The notes under the pieces were generated by a model. The model searched no databases. It was not told the DNA's origin and saw only the letters and a list, made by a program, of their open reading frames with translations. 60,099 nt of DNA from Candidatus Bipolaricaulota bacterium. GTDB lineage: Bacteria > Bipolaricaulota > Bipolaricaulia > UBA7950 > UBA9294. The DNA lies in contig JAPLGD010000037.1 in NCBI GenBank assembly GCA_026390345.1, positions 1-60,099 of the forward strand. Reading direction: 5' to 3'. A program made the translations under genes and the position numbers. Position 1 is the first letter of the stretch; each line of letters starts with the position of its first letter. Of this stretch, positions 1-9,692 are shown piece after piece.

Positions 1-501
1 CGTCCGGAACCGGGGATGTCGGACCTCTGCCGAGACCGCGGGATCTCGCTTCTGTGCTACGGAACGGTCGCCGGCGGGCTTCTCTCAGACCGCTACGTGG
101 GCGCAGCGGAGCCGTCTCCGCCGTACGAGAATCGCTCGCTCGCGAAGTACAAGCTCATTGTCGACGAGTTCGGGGATTGGCGGCTATTCCAGTCGTTGCT
201 CGCGACCGTGCGGGCGATCGCCGATAGCCACGGGGTAAGCCTCTCGGTGGTGGCATCGCGCTACGTCCTGGAGAAGCCGGCGGTCGCCGCCGTGATCGTC
301 GGCGCACGCAATGATCGCCACGTGTCGGACATTGCGGGACTATGCTCGTTCCATCTCGACGCCGCGGATGTCGCTCTACTCGACGACGTCCTACGACGCG
401 CCCACGGCCCGAAGGGCGCCGTCTACGGACTCGAGCGGATCCGCGATGGCGTACACGGAGCCGTCATGCGCTACAACCTCCAAGAGGAAACGCCGACGTA
501 G
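1..501 (+). CDS. Aldo/keto reductase, C-terminal part (5' end outside window)
   Basis: Frame is open from position 1. It contains the AKR C-terminal pattern [10 protein letters not shown] ... VASRYVL...[12 protein letters not shown]. Confidence 0.85.
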   Translation, partial: RPEPGMSDLCRDRGISLLCYGTVAGGLLSDRYVGAAEPSPPYENRSLAKYKLIVDEFGDWRLFQSLLATVRAIADSHGVSLSVVASRYVLEKPAVAAVIVGARNDRHVSDIAGLCSFHLDAADVALLDDVLRRAHGPKGAVYGLERIRDGVHGAVMRYNLQEETPT

Positions 502-527
502 TCCTTGGGCGTGCGGTTTGCCCGGAG

Positions 528-555
528 TTGAGATTCCTGGGCAACGCGGTATACT
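528..555 (+). promoter_or_regulatory. sigma70-type promoter of the cold-shock gene
   Basis: TTGAGA(528-533)-16 bp-TATACT(550-555), giving a ~100-nt 5' UTR as is typical of csp genes. Confidence 0.65.
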
Positions 556-665
556 CAAGCGCGTTGTTGGTAGTTTGCAGTCGCTTTTCGGAGTTCAGTC
601 TTTCTGCAACCCACGGAGAACGTCCTGCTTCACTAAAGCTCCCAGCATCGAGGAAGGTGTTTAGT

Positions 666-878
666 ATGTCCGATCGCGAAACGGGTACCGTCAAGTGGTT
701 CAACGACGCGAAGGGGTTTGGCTTCATCTCGCGAGAGCAGGGTGAAGACGTCTTCGTGCATTTCAGCTCGATCCGCGGCGCCGGCTTCAAGTCGCTGGCC
801 GAGGGTCAGAAGGTCGAGTTCACGTTGGGTCAGGGACAGAGAGGTCCGCAGGCCATCGACGTGACACCCGTTCTCTAG
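666..878 (+). CDS. csp: Cold-shock protein (CSD), 70 aa
   Basis: [21 protein letters not shown]...DVFVHFSSI carries RNP1/RNP2. RBS GAGGAAGG upstream. True start is ATG 666 inside ORF 342..878. Confidence 0.97.
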   Translation: MSDRETGTVKWFNDAKGFGFISREQGEDVFVHFSSIRGAGFKSLAEGQKVEFTLGQGQRGPQAIDVTPVL

Positions 879-904
879 GAACGAGTCGTACGCAAGACTT
901 CCGT

Positions 905-932
905 GCGGCGCACTCCGGTGCGCCGCTTTTCT
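905..932 (+). terminator. Intrinsic terminator after csp
   Basis: GCGGCGCAC-TCCG-GTGCGCCGC followed by TTTTCT. Confidence 0.85.
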
Positions 933-1068
933 GTCCACATGGCCGAATGCGCAGTCTCGATCGCACCCCGTCGAGTATGATGCGACGACGCGCCGGGCGG
1001 TGGAACTTCGAGCCGGTACGCACGTGGAGGGCGCTCGAAGTTCGCCGCGCTCGTGAACAGGAGGAACG

Positions 1069-2445
1069 ATGAAGATCACATTCTGCGGGGCGGCAGGAAC
1101 GGTCACGGGATCGAGTCACTTGGTCGAGGCGAACGGTCTCCGCGTCTTGCTCGACTGCGGGCTGTTCCAGGGAAGCCGGGAGATCGACGAGCGAAACCGT
1201 AGCCCATTCCCGTTCGACCCGGCCAGCCTCGACTTCGTTCTTCTCTCCCACGCGCACCTCGACCACGCCGGCCTTCTGCCGCGCCTCGTCCATGACGGGT
1301 TCACCGGCCGTATTCTTTGCACGCCGCCGACGGCGGCCATTGCGAAGCTCATGCTCGCCGACTCCGCCCACCTCCAGGTTGAAGAAGCGGCCTACCGCAC
1401 CCGCAAGGCAAAGCGCCGCGGCGAGGCCGGGACCCCACCCCTCTACGACATGGACGACGTGCTCCGCACGGCTGACTTGTTCCAGCCGATCCCCGGGTAC
1501 GGCGACCTCGTGGATCTCGGAAAGGGACTCTCCTGCGTCTTCCACGACGCCGGGCACATCCTCGGCTCGGCGTGCATCGAACTTCGCACGTCGAACGGTC
1601 GGCTCCTGTTCAGCGGTGACCTCGGCAACCGCCACCAGCCGATCGTCCGCGATCCCAGCACGCCGCCGCACGTCGACGTGGTCCTCGTCGAGTCGACGTA
1701 CGGCGATCGCGTTCACCGATCGATCGAGGACTCCATCGCGGAGCTTCGAGACGCGATCCATGACGTCATCCCCGGCGGCGGGAACGTCCTCGTCCCGTCG
1801 TTCGCCCTGGAGCGGGCGCAGGAAGTCCTGTACGAGCTCTTCCTCCTGTGGACGCGCCACGATCTTCCGCAATGCCGGATCTACCTGGACAGCCCGCTCG
1901 CGACGTCGACGACGCGCGTGTTCGAGCGCTTTCCCGACTACTTCGACGACGAGGGGCGAAAGGTGTTCTCCCAACGCCCGAACCCGTTCGACTTCCCGCT
2001 CCTTCACTACGCCCAGACGACCGACGAGTCGAAGCAGATCAACGCCCAACCGGGCGGCAACGTGATCATCGCCGGAAGCGGAATGTGCACGGGCGGCCGG
2101 ATTCTGCACCACCTGCGCTACAACCTGTGGAATGCCGCCGCCGGGGTCGTGTTCGTTGGGTACCAGGCGGTCGGCACCCTCGGCCGGAACCTCGTCGAGG
2201 GAACCAAGAGCGTGCACCTGTTCGGAGAAGAGGTCGCCGTTCGTGCCAAGGTGTGGACGGTCAACGGCTTCTCATCGCACGCCGACCAGCCGATCTTGAT
2301 GGACTGGATCGGCAAGGCCAAGCCCCGCGACCTGTTCCTCGTCCACGGGGAGTCGGCCTCCCAGAAGGCGCTGCAAAGCAAGATCCAATCGGATCTTGGG
2401 ATTGTTCCACGCATCCCCGCGTGGAAGGAAACGGTCACGGTCTAA
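1069..2445 (+). CDS. MBL-fold beta-CASP ribonuclease (YSH1/TTHA0252-like)
   Basis: Motifs LLDCG, SHAHLDHAG (HxHxDH), AGHILGS, FSGDLG, ESTYG, FSSHAD. RBS AGGAGG. Confidence 0.93.
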   Translation: MKITFCGAAGTVTGSSHLVEANGLRVLLDCGLFQGSREIDERNRSPFPFDPASLDFVLLSHAHLDHAGLLPRLVHDGFTGRILCTPPTAAIAKLMLADSAHLQVEEAAYRTRKAKRRGEAGTPPLYDMDDVLRTADLFQPIPGYGDLVDLGKGLSCVFHDAGHILGSACIELRTSNGRLLFSGDLGNRHQPIVRDPSTPPHVDVVLVESTYGDRVHRSIEDSIAELRDAIHDVIPGGGNVLVPSFALERAQEVLYELFLLWTRHDLPQCRIYLDSPLATSTTRVFERFPDYFDDEGRKVFSQRPNPFDFPLLHYAQTTDESKQINAQPGGNVIIAGSGMCTGGRILHHLRYNLWNAAAGVVFVGYQAVGTLGRNLVEGTKSVHLFGEEVAVRAKVWTVNGFSSHADQPILMDWIGKAKPRDLFLVHGESASQKALQSKIQSDLGIVPRIPAWKETVTV

Positions 2446-2703
2446 CCGACCGAGCCGATGCCTCGAAGGCGGGAGACGCTTCCGAGACGCTAGCACCCCA
2501 GAATCGGGATGGTGGAGTGATGCTGCGGCCGAGACTTCGCCTCTGACCGTCCCGATGAGGTTGTTGGCTCGAGCCGCAGCGTTCTCCACTCTATCGCTTT
2601 TCGCTAGTTCTTGGAAGCCTGCGGAGTCCAACTCGAAGAGGTACTATCCGCAGTCTTCTGCAGGTCGTCTGAATCCTACGGTTCGCACAAGGAGCAGCAA
2701 GCC

Positions 2704-4161
2704 ATGAGTCTGTTCAAGGCTCCGAGCCGAGACGAGATCCTGACCGCGCACCAGATCCGCATGATGGTGCGAATCGGCGCTCCCGCCGTCGTTTCGTCCG
2801 TGCTCTTCTCGCTCTACAACCTCACGGATGCGTACTGGATCGGCCACCTCCAGGGCGCAAACGCCATCAGCGCAATGGCGGGCATCCAGGGCTCCTGGCC
2901 GTTTGTCTGGTTCACGATCTCCCTGATTGCTGGGTTCGCGGGCGCCGCCGTCAGCGCTCTCGTCGCACAGAACATCGGAGCAAACCGCTCCGAGGAAGCC
3001 AACCACGCCCTCAACCAGCTATTCCTGGTTGGTCTGGTGGCCGGCTTCGTCGTCGCCGTCGTCGGATCTGTCGCCGTCCAGTTCATCCTGCCGTCGTTCT
3101 TCACCGACCCGGCCGTGGCCCGCGAGATGACCACGTACCTGCGGATCATCTTCCTGGGAGTCCACACGATGCTGCTTCCCGGTCTCGCCGCGTCGGCGTT
3201 CTCGGCTTCGGGAAACACGCTCTTGCCGGTGTTCGTCAATCTTGTCGGGGTCGGCCTCAACATCCCTCTCGACCGGGTCATGGTTCTCGGCTGGACGGGG
3301 TCGCTCGGCCCCCTCGGCCACATCGCGATCCCCCAACTCGGGATCGCCGGCGCTGCCTACGCGACGCTCATCGCCCAGGGTGTGTCAACCCTTATCTTCC
3401 TCGCGCTCCTCGCTCGCAGGCAAAGGGGCTTGCGGCTGGAGCTGCGGCTGATGCGCCCAGACCGGCACCTCTTGGGAAAGGCCTTCCGCATCGGCCTTCC
3501 CGCAGGCCTCGGCCAGGCAACGGTGGCCTTCGGATTCGCGGTCATGGTGATCTTCATCAACCGGCTCCCGAACAGCGCGGTGGCGCTGGCCGGGTATGGA
3601 GTGGCGGATCGGATCCTCGGTCTCCTGTTCATTGCCACCGACGGGCTTGGCGTCGGCTTGACGACGATGGTCGGCCAGGCCATCGGAGCCGGGCTTCTCG
3701 ACCGAACCCGCGTCCTCGTCAGCAAGGGCATCCGTGCGCTGCTTGTCGTCGTGCTTGTGGAGGCCGTAGTTCTCTACGTCGCGCGCCGCCCGCTCGTCGC
3801 GGTGTTCTTGGCAGGTGACACTGATGCGGTCCGCGCCGCAGTCCGCGAGGGAACGAACTTCATCGCCCTGTTCGCGGCGAGCATGCCGTTCCTGTGCGCA
3901 TTCTTCGCAGCGGAGGCCGTCTACCGCGGCGCGGGGCACAACTTCCCGGCCATGATGCTCGGGGTCATCCGCCTTTGGGTTCTGCGCATTCCGCTCTCCG
4001 TGCTGTTCGCCTTTCCTCTCGGCCTCGGCTCGACGGGGATATGGCTGGGCATGTCCGCTTCGAACGTTCTCTCCGGCATTGCCGCAATGCTCTGGCTGAG
4101 AACGGGAAGCTGGCAGCGCTCGGTCATCGAGACCCCGAAGGAAGAGTCTCCCGCGTCGTAG
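2704..4161 (+). CDS. MATE family efflux transporter
   Basis: About 12 hydrophobic segments with MATE signatures (YNLTDAYWIG, NIPLD, GIAGAAYAT, GIWLGM). Start ATG 2704 after AAGGAG. Confidence 0.92.
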   Translation: MSLFKAPSRDEILTAHQIRMMVRIGAPAVVSSVLFSLYNLTDAYWIGHLQGANAISAMAGIQGSWPFVWFTISLIAGFAGAAVSALVAQNIGANRSEEANHALNQLFLVGLVAGFVVAVVGSVAVQFILPSFFTDPAVAREMTTYLRIIFLGVHTMLLPGLAASAFSASGNTLLPVFVNLVGVGLNIPLDRVMVLGWTGSLGPLGHIAIPQLGIAGAAYATLIAQGVSTLIFLALLARRQRGLRLELRLMRPDRHLLGKAFRIGLPAGLGQATVAFGFAVMVIFINRLPNSAVALAGYGVADRILGLLFIATDGLGVGLTTMVGQAIGAGLLDRTRVLVSKGIRALLVVVLVEAVVLYVARRPLVAVFLAGDTDAVRAAVREGTNFIALFAASMPFLCAFFAAEAVYRGAGHNFPAMMLGVIRLWVLRIPLSVLFAFPLGLGSTGIWLGMSASNVLSGIAAMLWLRTGSWQRSVIETPKEESPAS

Positions 4162-4172
4162 GAACACCGGCG

Positions 4173-4961
4173 TCAGCCCGGAGAAGCCGGCGGAATGTGT
4201 GGTACAACCGCACGAGCGCCGCTCTGTCCTTGCACGATCTCAAACTCCATGCCATACGCAGCTCGCAGCGACGTCTCGGTAATCGCCTCGGCCGGGCGTC
4301 CATAGCTGTGCGCCGTTCCGGCGACGAGAAGAAGGACGGAGTCTGCGTAGAGGAAGGCGTTGTCCGGCTGGTGCGACGTGACGACGAACGAATGCCCACC
4401 CGTCGCCAGTTCCTTGACGACCCCGAGGATGCCGTGCTGGTGGCGCGGGTCAAGGTGCGCGGCCGGCTCGTCCATCAGGAGACACCGTGCGCCTTGAGCC
4501 AGCCCTCGTGCAATGAGAACGAGCTGCTGCTCGCCTCCGCTGATCTCGGTGTACGCGCGATGCTTCATCCCGAGGATTCCCACGGCCTCGAGAGCCCGGT
4601 CCACGATCGCCCGGTCGCCGGGTCCCGGACGGGCGAACAACCCCAAGTGCGGGGCACGCCCCATCAGGACGGCTTCGGCCACCGTGAAGGCGAACGCGGG
4701 CTCGTGAAGCTGAGGCACGACGCCGATCCATCGCGCCCGTTCCCGGGGAGTGAGCTCCGCCAGCGGCCGACCGTCGACGGACACAACTCCTGACGTAGGC
4801 TGCCGCACGCCGCTGAGACACTGAAGGAGCGTCGTCTTGCCCGAGCCGTTCGCGCCGAGGACGAAGGCCACCTCTCCGTCGACGAGGGACAGTGAGACGC
4901 CGCGCAACACCTCCTCGCCGCGAACATAGGCGTACGAGACGTCGGTCGCCGCAAGCCTCAT
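4173..4961 (-). CDS. Iron-siderophore/cobalamin-type ABC transporter ATPase (FecE/FepC-like)
   Basis: Walker A GANGSGKT, signature ISGGEQQ, Walker B LLMDEP. Confidence 0.93.
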   Translation of the reverse strand: MRLAATDVSYAYVRGEEVLRGVSLSLVDGEVAFVLGANGSGKTTLLQCLSGVRQPTSGVVSVDGRPLAELTPRERARWIGVVPQLHEPAFAFTVAEAVLMGRAPHLGLFARPGPGDRAIVDRALEAVGILGMKHRAYTEISGGEQQLVLIARGLAQGARCLLMDEPAAHLDPRHQHGILGVVKELATGGHSFVVTSHQPDNAFLYADSVLLLVAGTAHSYGRPAEAITETSLRAAYGMEFEIVQGQSGARAVVPHIPPASPG

Positions 4962-5959
4962 CGCTCCGCTCCTCGGGACCGCACGAGGCGAAGGAAGAGG
5001 AGGAGAAACGCGGGAATTCCGATTAGCCCGGTCAGAATCCCGAGCGGGATCTCACTCGGAAGGACCGTACGCGCAATCGTGTCCAGGCCGATGAGGGTCG
5101 CCGCTCCGAGAACCGCCGACGCCGGAATCAGCCGCTCGTGATCGGCGCCGACCCACGCACGCGCCACGTGGGGTACGACGAGCCCGATCCAGCCAATCAT
5201 CCCGGAAATGGAGACCGCCACCGCGATCAGTACGGTGGCGGCGCCGATCACGACGATGCGAAGCGGCCGTACGTGCAGCCCGAGGCTCGCGGCCTCGGCT
5301 TCGCTCAGCGTGAGGAGATTCAGTCGCCACGAGAAGAGGAGGAAGAACGTGAGTCCGACGACCGTGACGCCGATGACGGGGATCAACGTCTCCCACCGAC
5401 TCGCGCTAAGGCCGCCGAGCAACCAATAGGTGATCGCGGGGAGCCGGCTTAGGGGGTCCGCGACGTACTTGATGAGTCCGATCAGCGCATCGAACAGCGC
5501 ACTGACTGCGATTCCAGCGACCACGAGGACGAGCGGAGCCGCGCCGAACCGCCAGCCGATCCAGGCGACCAGCGCAACGGCCGCTATCGCGAACAGGAAC
5601 GACAATCCCTGGACAGCCGCCGCCCCGCCGGCAAACGAGAGTGCCAGCGCAGCGCCGAATGCCGCCCCTGAGCTTACTCCGAGAACCTTGCCGTCGACGA
5701 GCGGGTTGCGGAATAGCCCCTGAAGGACGGCGCCGCTCACGGCGAGGTTCGCGCCCACGCACGCCGCCGCGATCGTTCGAGGAAGGCGAACGCGCAAGAT
5801 GAGGGCGCGAAGGACTTCCGACCCATCCGCCCCCAACAAGGCGCGGAGCGCCTCGATCGGCCGGACGCCGTATCGGCCGACGACGAGCGACACAAGGAAC
5901 AGGGCTGCCGCAGCCGGTATCAGGATCCAGAGAGCGCGGCGGCCCCGTCGCAACGTCAT
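4958..5959 (-). CDS. FecCD/BtuC-family permease
   Basis: RLPR...LAVSGAVLQGLFRNPL; GMIGWIGLVVPH; EIPLGILT. Confidence 0.95.
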   Translation of the reverse strand: MTLRRGRRALWILIPAAAALFLVSLVVGRYGVRPIEALRALLGADGSEVLRALILRVRLPRTIAAACVGANLAVSGAVLQGLFRNPLVDGKVLGVSSGAAFGAALALSFAGGAAAVQGLSFLFAIAAVALVAWIGWRFGAAPLVLVVAGIAVSALFDALIGLIKYVADPLSRLPAITYWLLGGLSASRWETLIPVIGVTVVGLTFFLLFSWRLNLLTLSEAEAASLGLHVRPLRIVVIGAATVLIAVAVSISGMIGWIGLVVPHVARAWVGADHERLIPASAVLGAATLIGLDTIARTVLPSEIPLGILTGLIGIPAFLLLFLRLVRSRGAER

Positions 5960-6978
5960 GGATGGGTCAGCAGCAGAAGCTCCGCTTCCGTCAGCGAGTA
6001 GTCGTAGTACGTCGCGTAGAAGGCGTTCATCTCAGCAGCTATGTCGAGAGAGATCGCCCCGGGATGAAGAGCGTTCGCCAGCCAGAGGACGCCAAGCAGG
6101 GACTCCGGGACGGGCGTGTCCATCGGGCCAAACACGCGCGGCATGCGGTAGATGCGGTTCTCGCGAACGGCGCGGACCGTCTGCCAGTCCGGATTCGCCG
6201 CGAGGTCGACCGGCTTCACGGGGCCGTACGGAGGGATGACAATGACGTCAGGGTCCCACACCAGGATCTGCTCCAGGTTCACTGTGTTCCACGCGCCGCG
6301 CAGGTCGGCGCTCACCGAGACACCGCCCGCCGCATCAACCAGCCACGTCTGGTACATGTCGCCGCTTGCCACCTTGAGCGGGTCCGTACCGACGAACAGG
6401 ACTCGCGGTCGGTCGGGGGCAGCTATTCCGCCGAGGTCGTGTTCGACCGTGTCCGTGATGCGCAAGAAGTCGTAGAGGAAGAGCGCCGCGCGCTGCTTGG
6501 CCTCCGAACCCAGCACTTGCGCGGTCGTGACCATGGCCTCCTTCAGGGCGTCCGGCGTCTCCATCACGTACTGGATCACGGGGATCCCGAGATCGCCGAG
6601 CTGCTTGGCGAACGCGTCGTGCTGGGAACCTCCCGCGAACACGAGTTGCGCGCCGCGGGCAACCATGTCTTCAACGTTCGGATCGCCGAAGGCGAGGATG
6701 TCGGCGAGCCGCGGCTCGATCTTGAACATCGAGTCCCACGCCTGCGAGATCCCCATCACCCCGACGTACCACGCCTCGACGAGGAGGTCCCCCGCTCCGA
6801 GCGCGTAGATGAGGTACGTCCCCGGGCCGTAGACGCAGATCAATCGCTCGACCGGCTGAGGAACGAGAACGACGTCTCCTGTCTGATCGATGACCTGAAC
6901 CACGTCCTGTCCGAACGCGGCGACCGTCGTGCTAATCGCAATGCTTGCGGCAAGTATCCCAGCCAACCAACGCTTCAT
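5956..6978 (-). CDS. FecB/BtuF-type ABC substrate-binding protein
   Basis: Signal peptide MKRWLAGILAAS (ATG 6978); DQTG..V.VP..VERL; VNLEQILVWDPDVI. No lipobox. Confidence 0.9.
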   Translation of the reverse strand: MKRWLAGILAASIAISTTVAAFGQDVVQVIDQTGDVVLVPQPVERLICVYGPGTYLIYALGAGDLLVEAWYVGVMGISQAWDSMFKIEPRLADILAFGDPNVEDMVARGAQLVFAGGSQHDAFAKQLGDLGIPVIQYVMETPDALKEAMVTTAQVLGSEAKQRAALFLYDFLRITDTVEHDLGGIAAPDRPRVLFVGTDPLKVASGDMYQTWLVDAAGGVSVSADLRGAWNTVNLEQILVWDPDVIVIPPYGPVKPVDLAANPDWQTVRAVRENRIYRMPRVFGPMDTPVPESLLGVLWLANALHPGAISLDIAAEMNAFYATYYDYSLTEAELLLLTHP

Positions 6979-7529
6979 GCTGCCTCCTTCACGGTCTCCA
7001 ACAGAGACCGGCTTTCCTCGAGCCAGCGCAACGCGCTCTCCATCTGCGCGACGCGAAACGAACACGCCGCCGCTCCGAGCGCTGCGTCGTTGCTCGCCAC
7101 AGCTCCCTGCTTCTCAAGGGATGCCAAGGCTTCGGACAGCTTGGACTTCTGAGCGTCGATCAGACTCCCGACTTCCTCCGGACGCAGCTTCCGGAGGAAG
7201 TAGACCTTGGCCAGGAAGACCACGCGCAGATCGCGCGGGTGCGCCACCGGAGAGCACGCCCACTGCCAGAACGCGCGGCGCCCATCCTTCGTTACGGAGT
7301 ACATCTGGCGGGACGGACGATCCTCCTGCGGCTCAACCTCGACCTCGGCCCACCCCTCTTCGACGAGGCGATGGAGAACGCTGTACAACTGGCTGAGCGC
7401 CACGTGCCACAGCTCTCCGAGCCCCTCGACGAGATCGCGGCGAAGGTCGTAGCCGTGGCGAGGAGCTTCGATCAGGAACCCGAGAGCGGCATACTCCACG
7501 GGAAAACTGCGTGGCACTCTATATTCCAT
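6975..7529 (-). CDS. PadR-family transcriptional regulator
   Basis: ALGFL...PRHGYDL...SQLYSVLHRL..EGW; RQMYSVT..G; AphA/PadR-like C-terminal helices. Overlaps the SBP start. Confidence 0.92.
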   Translation of the reverse strand: MEYRVPRSFPVEYAALGFLIEAPRHGYDLRRDLVEGLGELWHVALSQLYSVLHRLVEEGWAEVEVEPQEDRPSRQMYSVTKDGRRAFWQWACSPVAHPRDLRVVFLAKVYFLRKLRPEEVGSLIDAQKSKLSEALASLEKQGAVASNDAALGAAACSFRVAQMESALRWLEESRSLLETVKEAA

Positions 7530-7543
7530 ATTGGAGTATTCTA
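7521..7543 (-). promoter_or_regulatory. -10 box plus putative PadR operator palindrome overlapping the start codon
   Basis: TAGAAT (7543-7538) lies 8 nt before ATG 7529. ATATTCCA-TAT-TGGAGTAT is an 8-3-8 inverted repeat with 1 mismatch. Confidence 0.55.
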
Positions 7544-7642
7544 CTCTGGAGGGCTTGCGGGAGCTAGTCGGTTGCCCCGAACCGCCGCGCCCGCTAGGAT
7601 GCCGAGTCCCGCTGGCTCCAGTCGTACGAAAGGAATCCGTCC

Positions 7643-8956
7643 GTGGCAAAGAAGTCCGAGTCGTCTCGCGCACCGCGTGTCCACCTCGCCAGTCTCGGCT
7701 GCGCGAAGAACCTAGTCGATTCCGAGCGCCTCCTGGGGCGTCTTGCGGCCGCGGGGGCGATCGTCGGTGCGCCCGTCGACGAGGCCGACGTCGCCATCGT
7801 CAACACGTGCGGGTTCATCGCGCCCGCAAGAGAGGAGTCGTTGGATGTCATCCACGAGTACGTCGCCTGGAGAAGGGAAGCGTCGGGACGGCGGCTGTTC
7901 GTGATGGGATGCCTCGTCGCACGATCCTCGGAAGAGCTGCGTGCGCTCGCCCCCGAGGTCGACGGGTTCTTCGGAATCGACGACCACGCGGCGCTCGTCC
8001 GTGCCGTCGGGCTCGCCGAAACCGACCCGGAGGACGAAGGCCGCCTCCTGCTCACACCGCACCACACGGCGTACCTACGGATCTCCGACGGCTGCGACAA
8101 CCGGTGCTCGTACTGCACGATCCCCTCCATCCGAGGGCCGTTCCGGAGCCGTCCGATGGACGAGATTCTGCGCGAGGCGTCCGACCTCGCGGCGTTCGGG
8201 GTGCGCGAGGTCAACGTCATTGGACAGGACACGAGTCTCTACGGAGTCGACCTCTCGCCGCGAGTCGGAATCCACGACCTCCTCGGCCGGTTGTCCGCGA
8301 TTCAGGGACTCCGGTGGATCCGACTCCTCTACGTCCACCCGGCCCACGTCTCCGACGAGCTGATCGACGCCTACACCTCACTCCCCAACCTCGTGCCGTA
8401 CGTCGACCTCCCGCTCCAACACTTGTCGGACACGATCCTCGAGGGAATGAACCGTCACGTCACGCAGGCCGACTGCCTGCGTCTGATCAAGCGGTGGCGC
8501 GAGCGGGTGCCGGGCGTGTCGTTGCGGACGACGTTCATCGTCGGCTTCCCCGGCGAGACCGAGGCCCAGTTCGCCGAGCTGCTCGACTTCGTACGCGACC
8601 TCTCCTTCGACCACGTCGGCGCGTTCGCCTACTCCCCCGAGGAAGGGACTCCGGCCGCAGCGCTGCCGAATCGCGTTCCCTCCGGGGTCGTCGAGGACCG
8701 CCTCCGACGGCTGATGGAGCTGCAGCAGGAGATCGTCCGCCGAGCCAACAAGGCGCGTATAGGAACGGAAGTCGAGGTGCTCGTCGATGGACCCGCGGCG
8801 GAACGCGGCGTCTGGATCTCACGAACGGCGACCCAAGCCCCCGACGTGGACGCCGTCACGCGACTTCGCGGCAAACGGCTCGCCGCGGGGGAGTTCGTGC
8901 GCGCGCGGATCGTCGGATTCGAAGGCTACGACCTCGACGCCGTCGCGATCCCTTAG
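7643..8956 (+). CDS. rimO: Ribosomal protein S12 methylthiotransferase
   Basis: SLGCAKNLVDSE, VNTCGFI, radical-SAM CDNRCSYC and a C-terminal TRAM domain. Confidence 0.95.
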   Translation: MAKKSESSRAPRVHLASLGCAKNLVDSERLLGRLAAAGAIVGAPVDEADVAIVNTCGFIAPAREESLDVIHEYVAWRREASGRRLFVMGCLVARSSEELRALAPEVDGFFGIDDHAALVRAVGLAETDPEDEGRLLLTPHHTAYLRISDGCDNRCSYCTIPSIRGPFRSRPMDEILREASDLAAFGVREVNVIGQDTSLYGVDLSPRVGIHDLLGRLSAIQGLRWIRLLYVHPAHVSDELIDAYTSLPNLVPYVDLPLQHLSDTILEGMNRHVTQADCLRLIKRWRERVPGVSLRTTFIVGFPGETEAQFAELLDFVRDLSFDHVGAFAYSPEEGTPAAALPNRVPSGVVEDRLRRLMELQQEIVRRANKARIGTEVEVLVDGPAAERGVWISRTATQAPDVDAVTRLRGKRLAAGEFVRARIVGFEGYDLDAVAIP

Positions 8957-9618
8957 GCAACCGTCCCGAGCGTCTTCGCCGAGGCGGCGAGGAGTTGCTC
9001 GACCTCTTCGAAGTACCGCCCGAGGTGAACTCCGTCGATCAGCGCGTGGTGCGCCTGGACGTTGAGTGGCATCGCAAGCCGGCCGCCCACGTCGCGGAAC
9101 TTGCCCCACGCAATGCGGGGCACGGAGTCCGGCGGGTCGAGCGGGACGGGGTGAATCATGCCCGTGAACGACACCCACGGAATCGCCGTCATGAACAGGA
9201 GGTCATCCCGATCGGGCTCCGACCAGAGCGACTCAGCGCGACGAGCACGCTCGATGCACAGCTTCGCGTCCGCAGCGAAGGGGCCAAAGGCCTCCTCGTA
9301 CCTGAGCGTCACGAAGCGGAACGTCCCGTCGTCGCCAAGTACGGTGATGGAGGGATGCACCGCTGCGTGCTCGATAACCCCTTCTCCGCGCATTCGCTGG
9401 CGGAACTCGGGAACCTCGTTGGCCGCACGAGCGAGCACATAGACGAGCGCCACGGTGAACGTCGCCCCACGAGCGCGTACCGCTTCTCGAAGCGGGCCGA
9501 CGTCTACGTCAGCCGTCAGGTTGAAGTACGGAAACCCGAACCCGCGAAAAAGCTCGAACGCCTCGCGCCGCGGCCAGTGCTTAAGATTGATCCATCGGAG
9601 TCTCTCAGCCTCGTCCAT
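8953..9618 (-). CDS. CatA-like O-acetyltransferase (chloramphenicol acetyltransferase fold)
   Basis: W.RRE.FE.F...PYFNLT; TAIPWVSFT; catalytic HHALIDGVH motif. Confidence 0.9.
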   Translation of the reverse strand: MDEAERLRWINLKHWPRREAFELFRGFGFPYFNLTADVDVGPLREAVRARGATFTVALVYVLARAANEVPEFRQRMRGEGVIEHAAVHPSITVLGDDGTFRFVTLRYEEAFGPFAADAKLCIERARRAESLWSEPDRDDLLFMTAIPWVSFTGMIHPVPLDPPDSVPRIAWGKFRDVGGRLAMPLNVQAHHALIDGVHLGRYFEEVEQLLAASAKTLGTVA

Positions 9619-9692
9619 GCCTCATCGTAGCCCACCGAGAGGCATCAAGGCTCGCGGTTGTCGCCGCAGCCGCCGCAAGGGAAACTCTCCAC

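Noticed and set aside
2503-2589. Assignment of this structure to a fluoride or SAM-I riboswitch
   Set aside because: GATGGTGGAG resembles both starts, but the helix order and conserved core nucleotides do not match. It is kept only as an unassigned structure.
8953-9618. Calling this an acquired chloramphenicol-resistance gene
   Set aside because: GC and codon usage match the host and there is no mobile context. The fold alone does not establish the substrate.
7531-9630. 699-aa plus-strand ORF and similar long Arg/Pro/Gly-rich ORFs (820..2217, 22778..24115, 30867..32651, 36079..38040, 18865..20742)
   Set aside because: These are shadow frames of well-supported genes in high-GC DNA, with no motifs.
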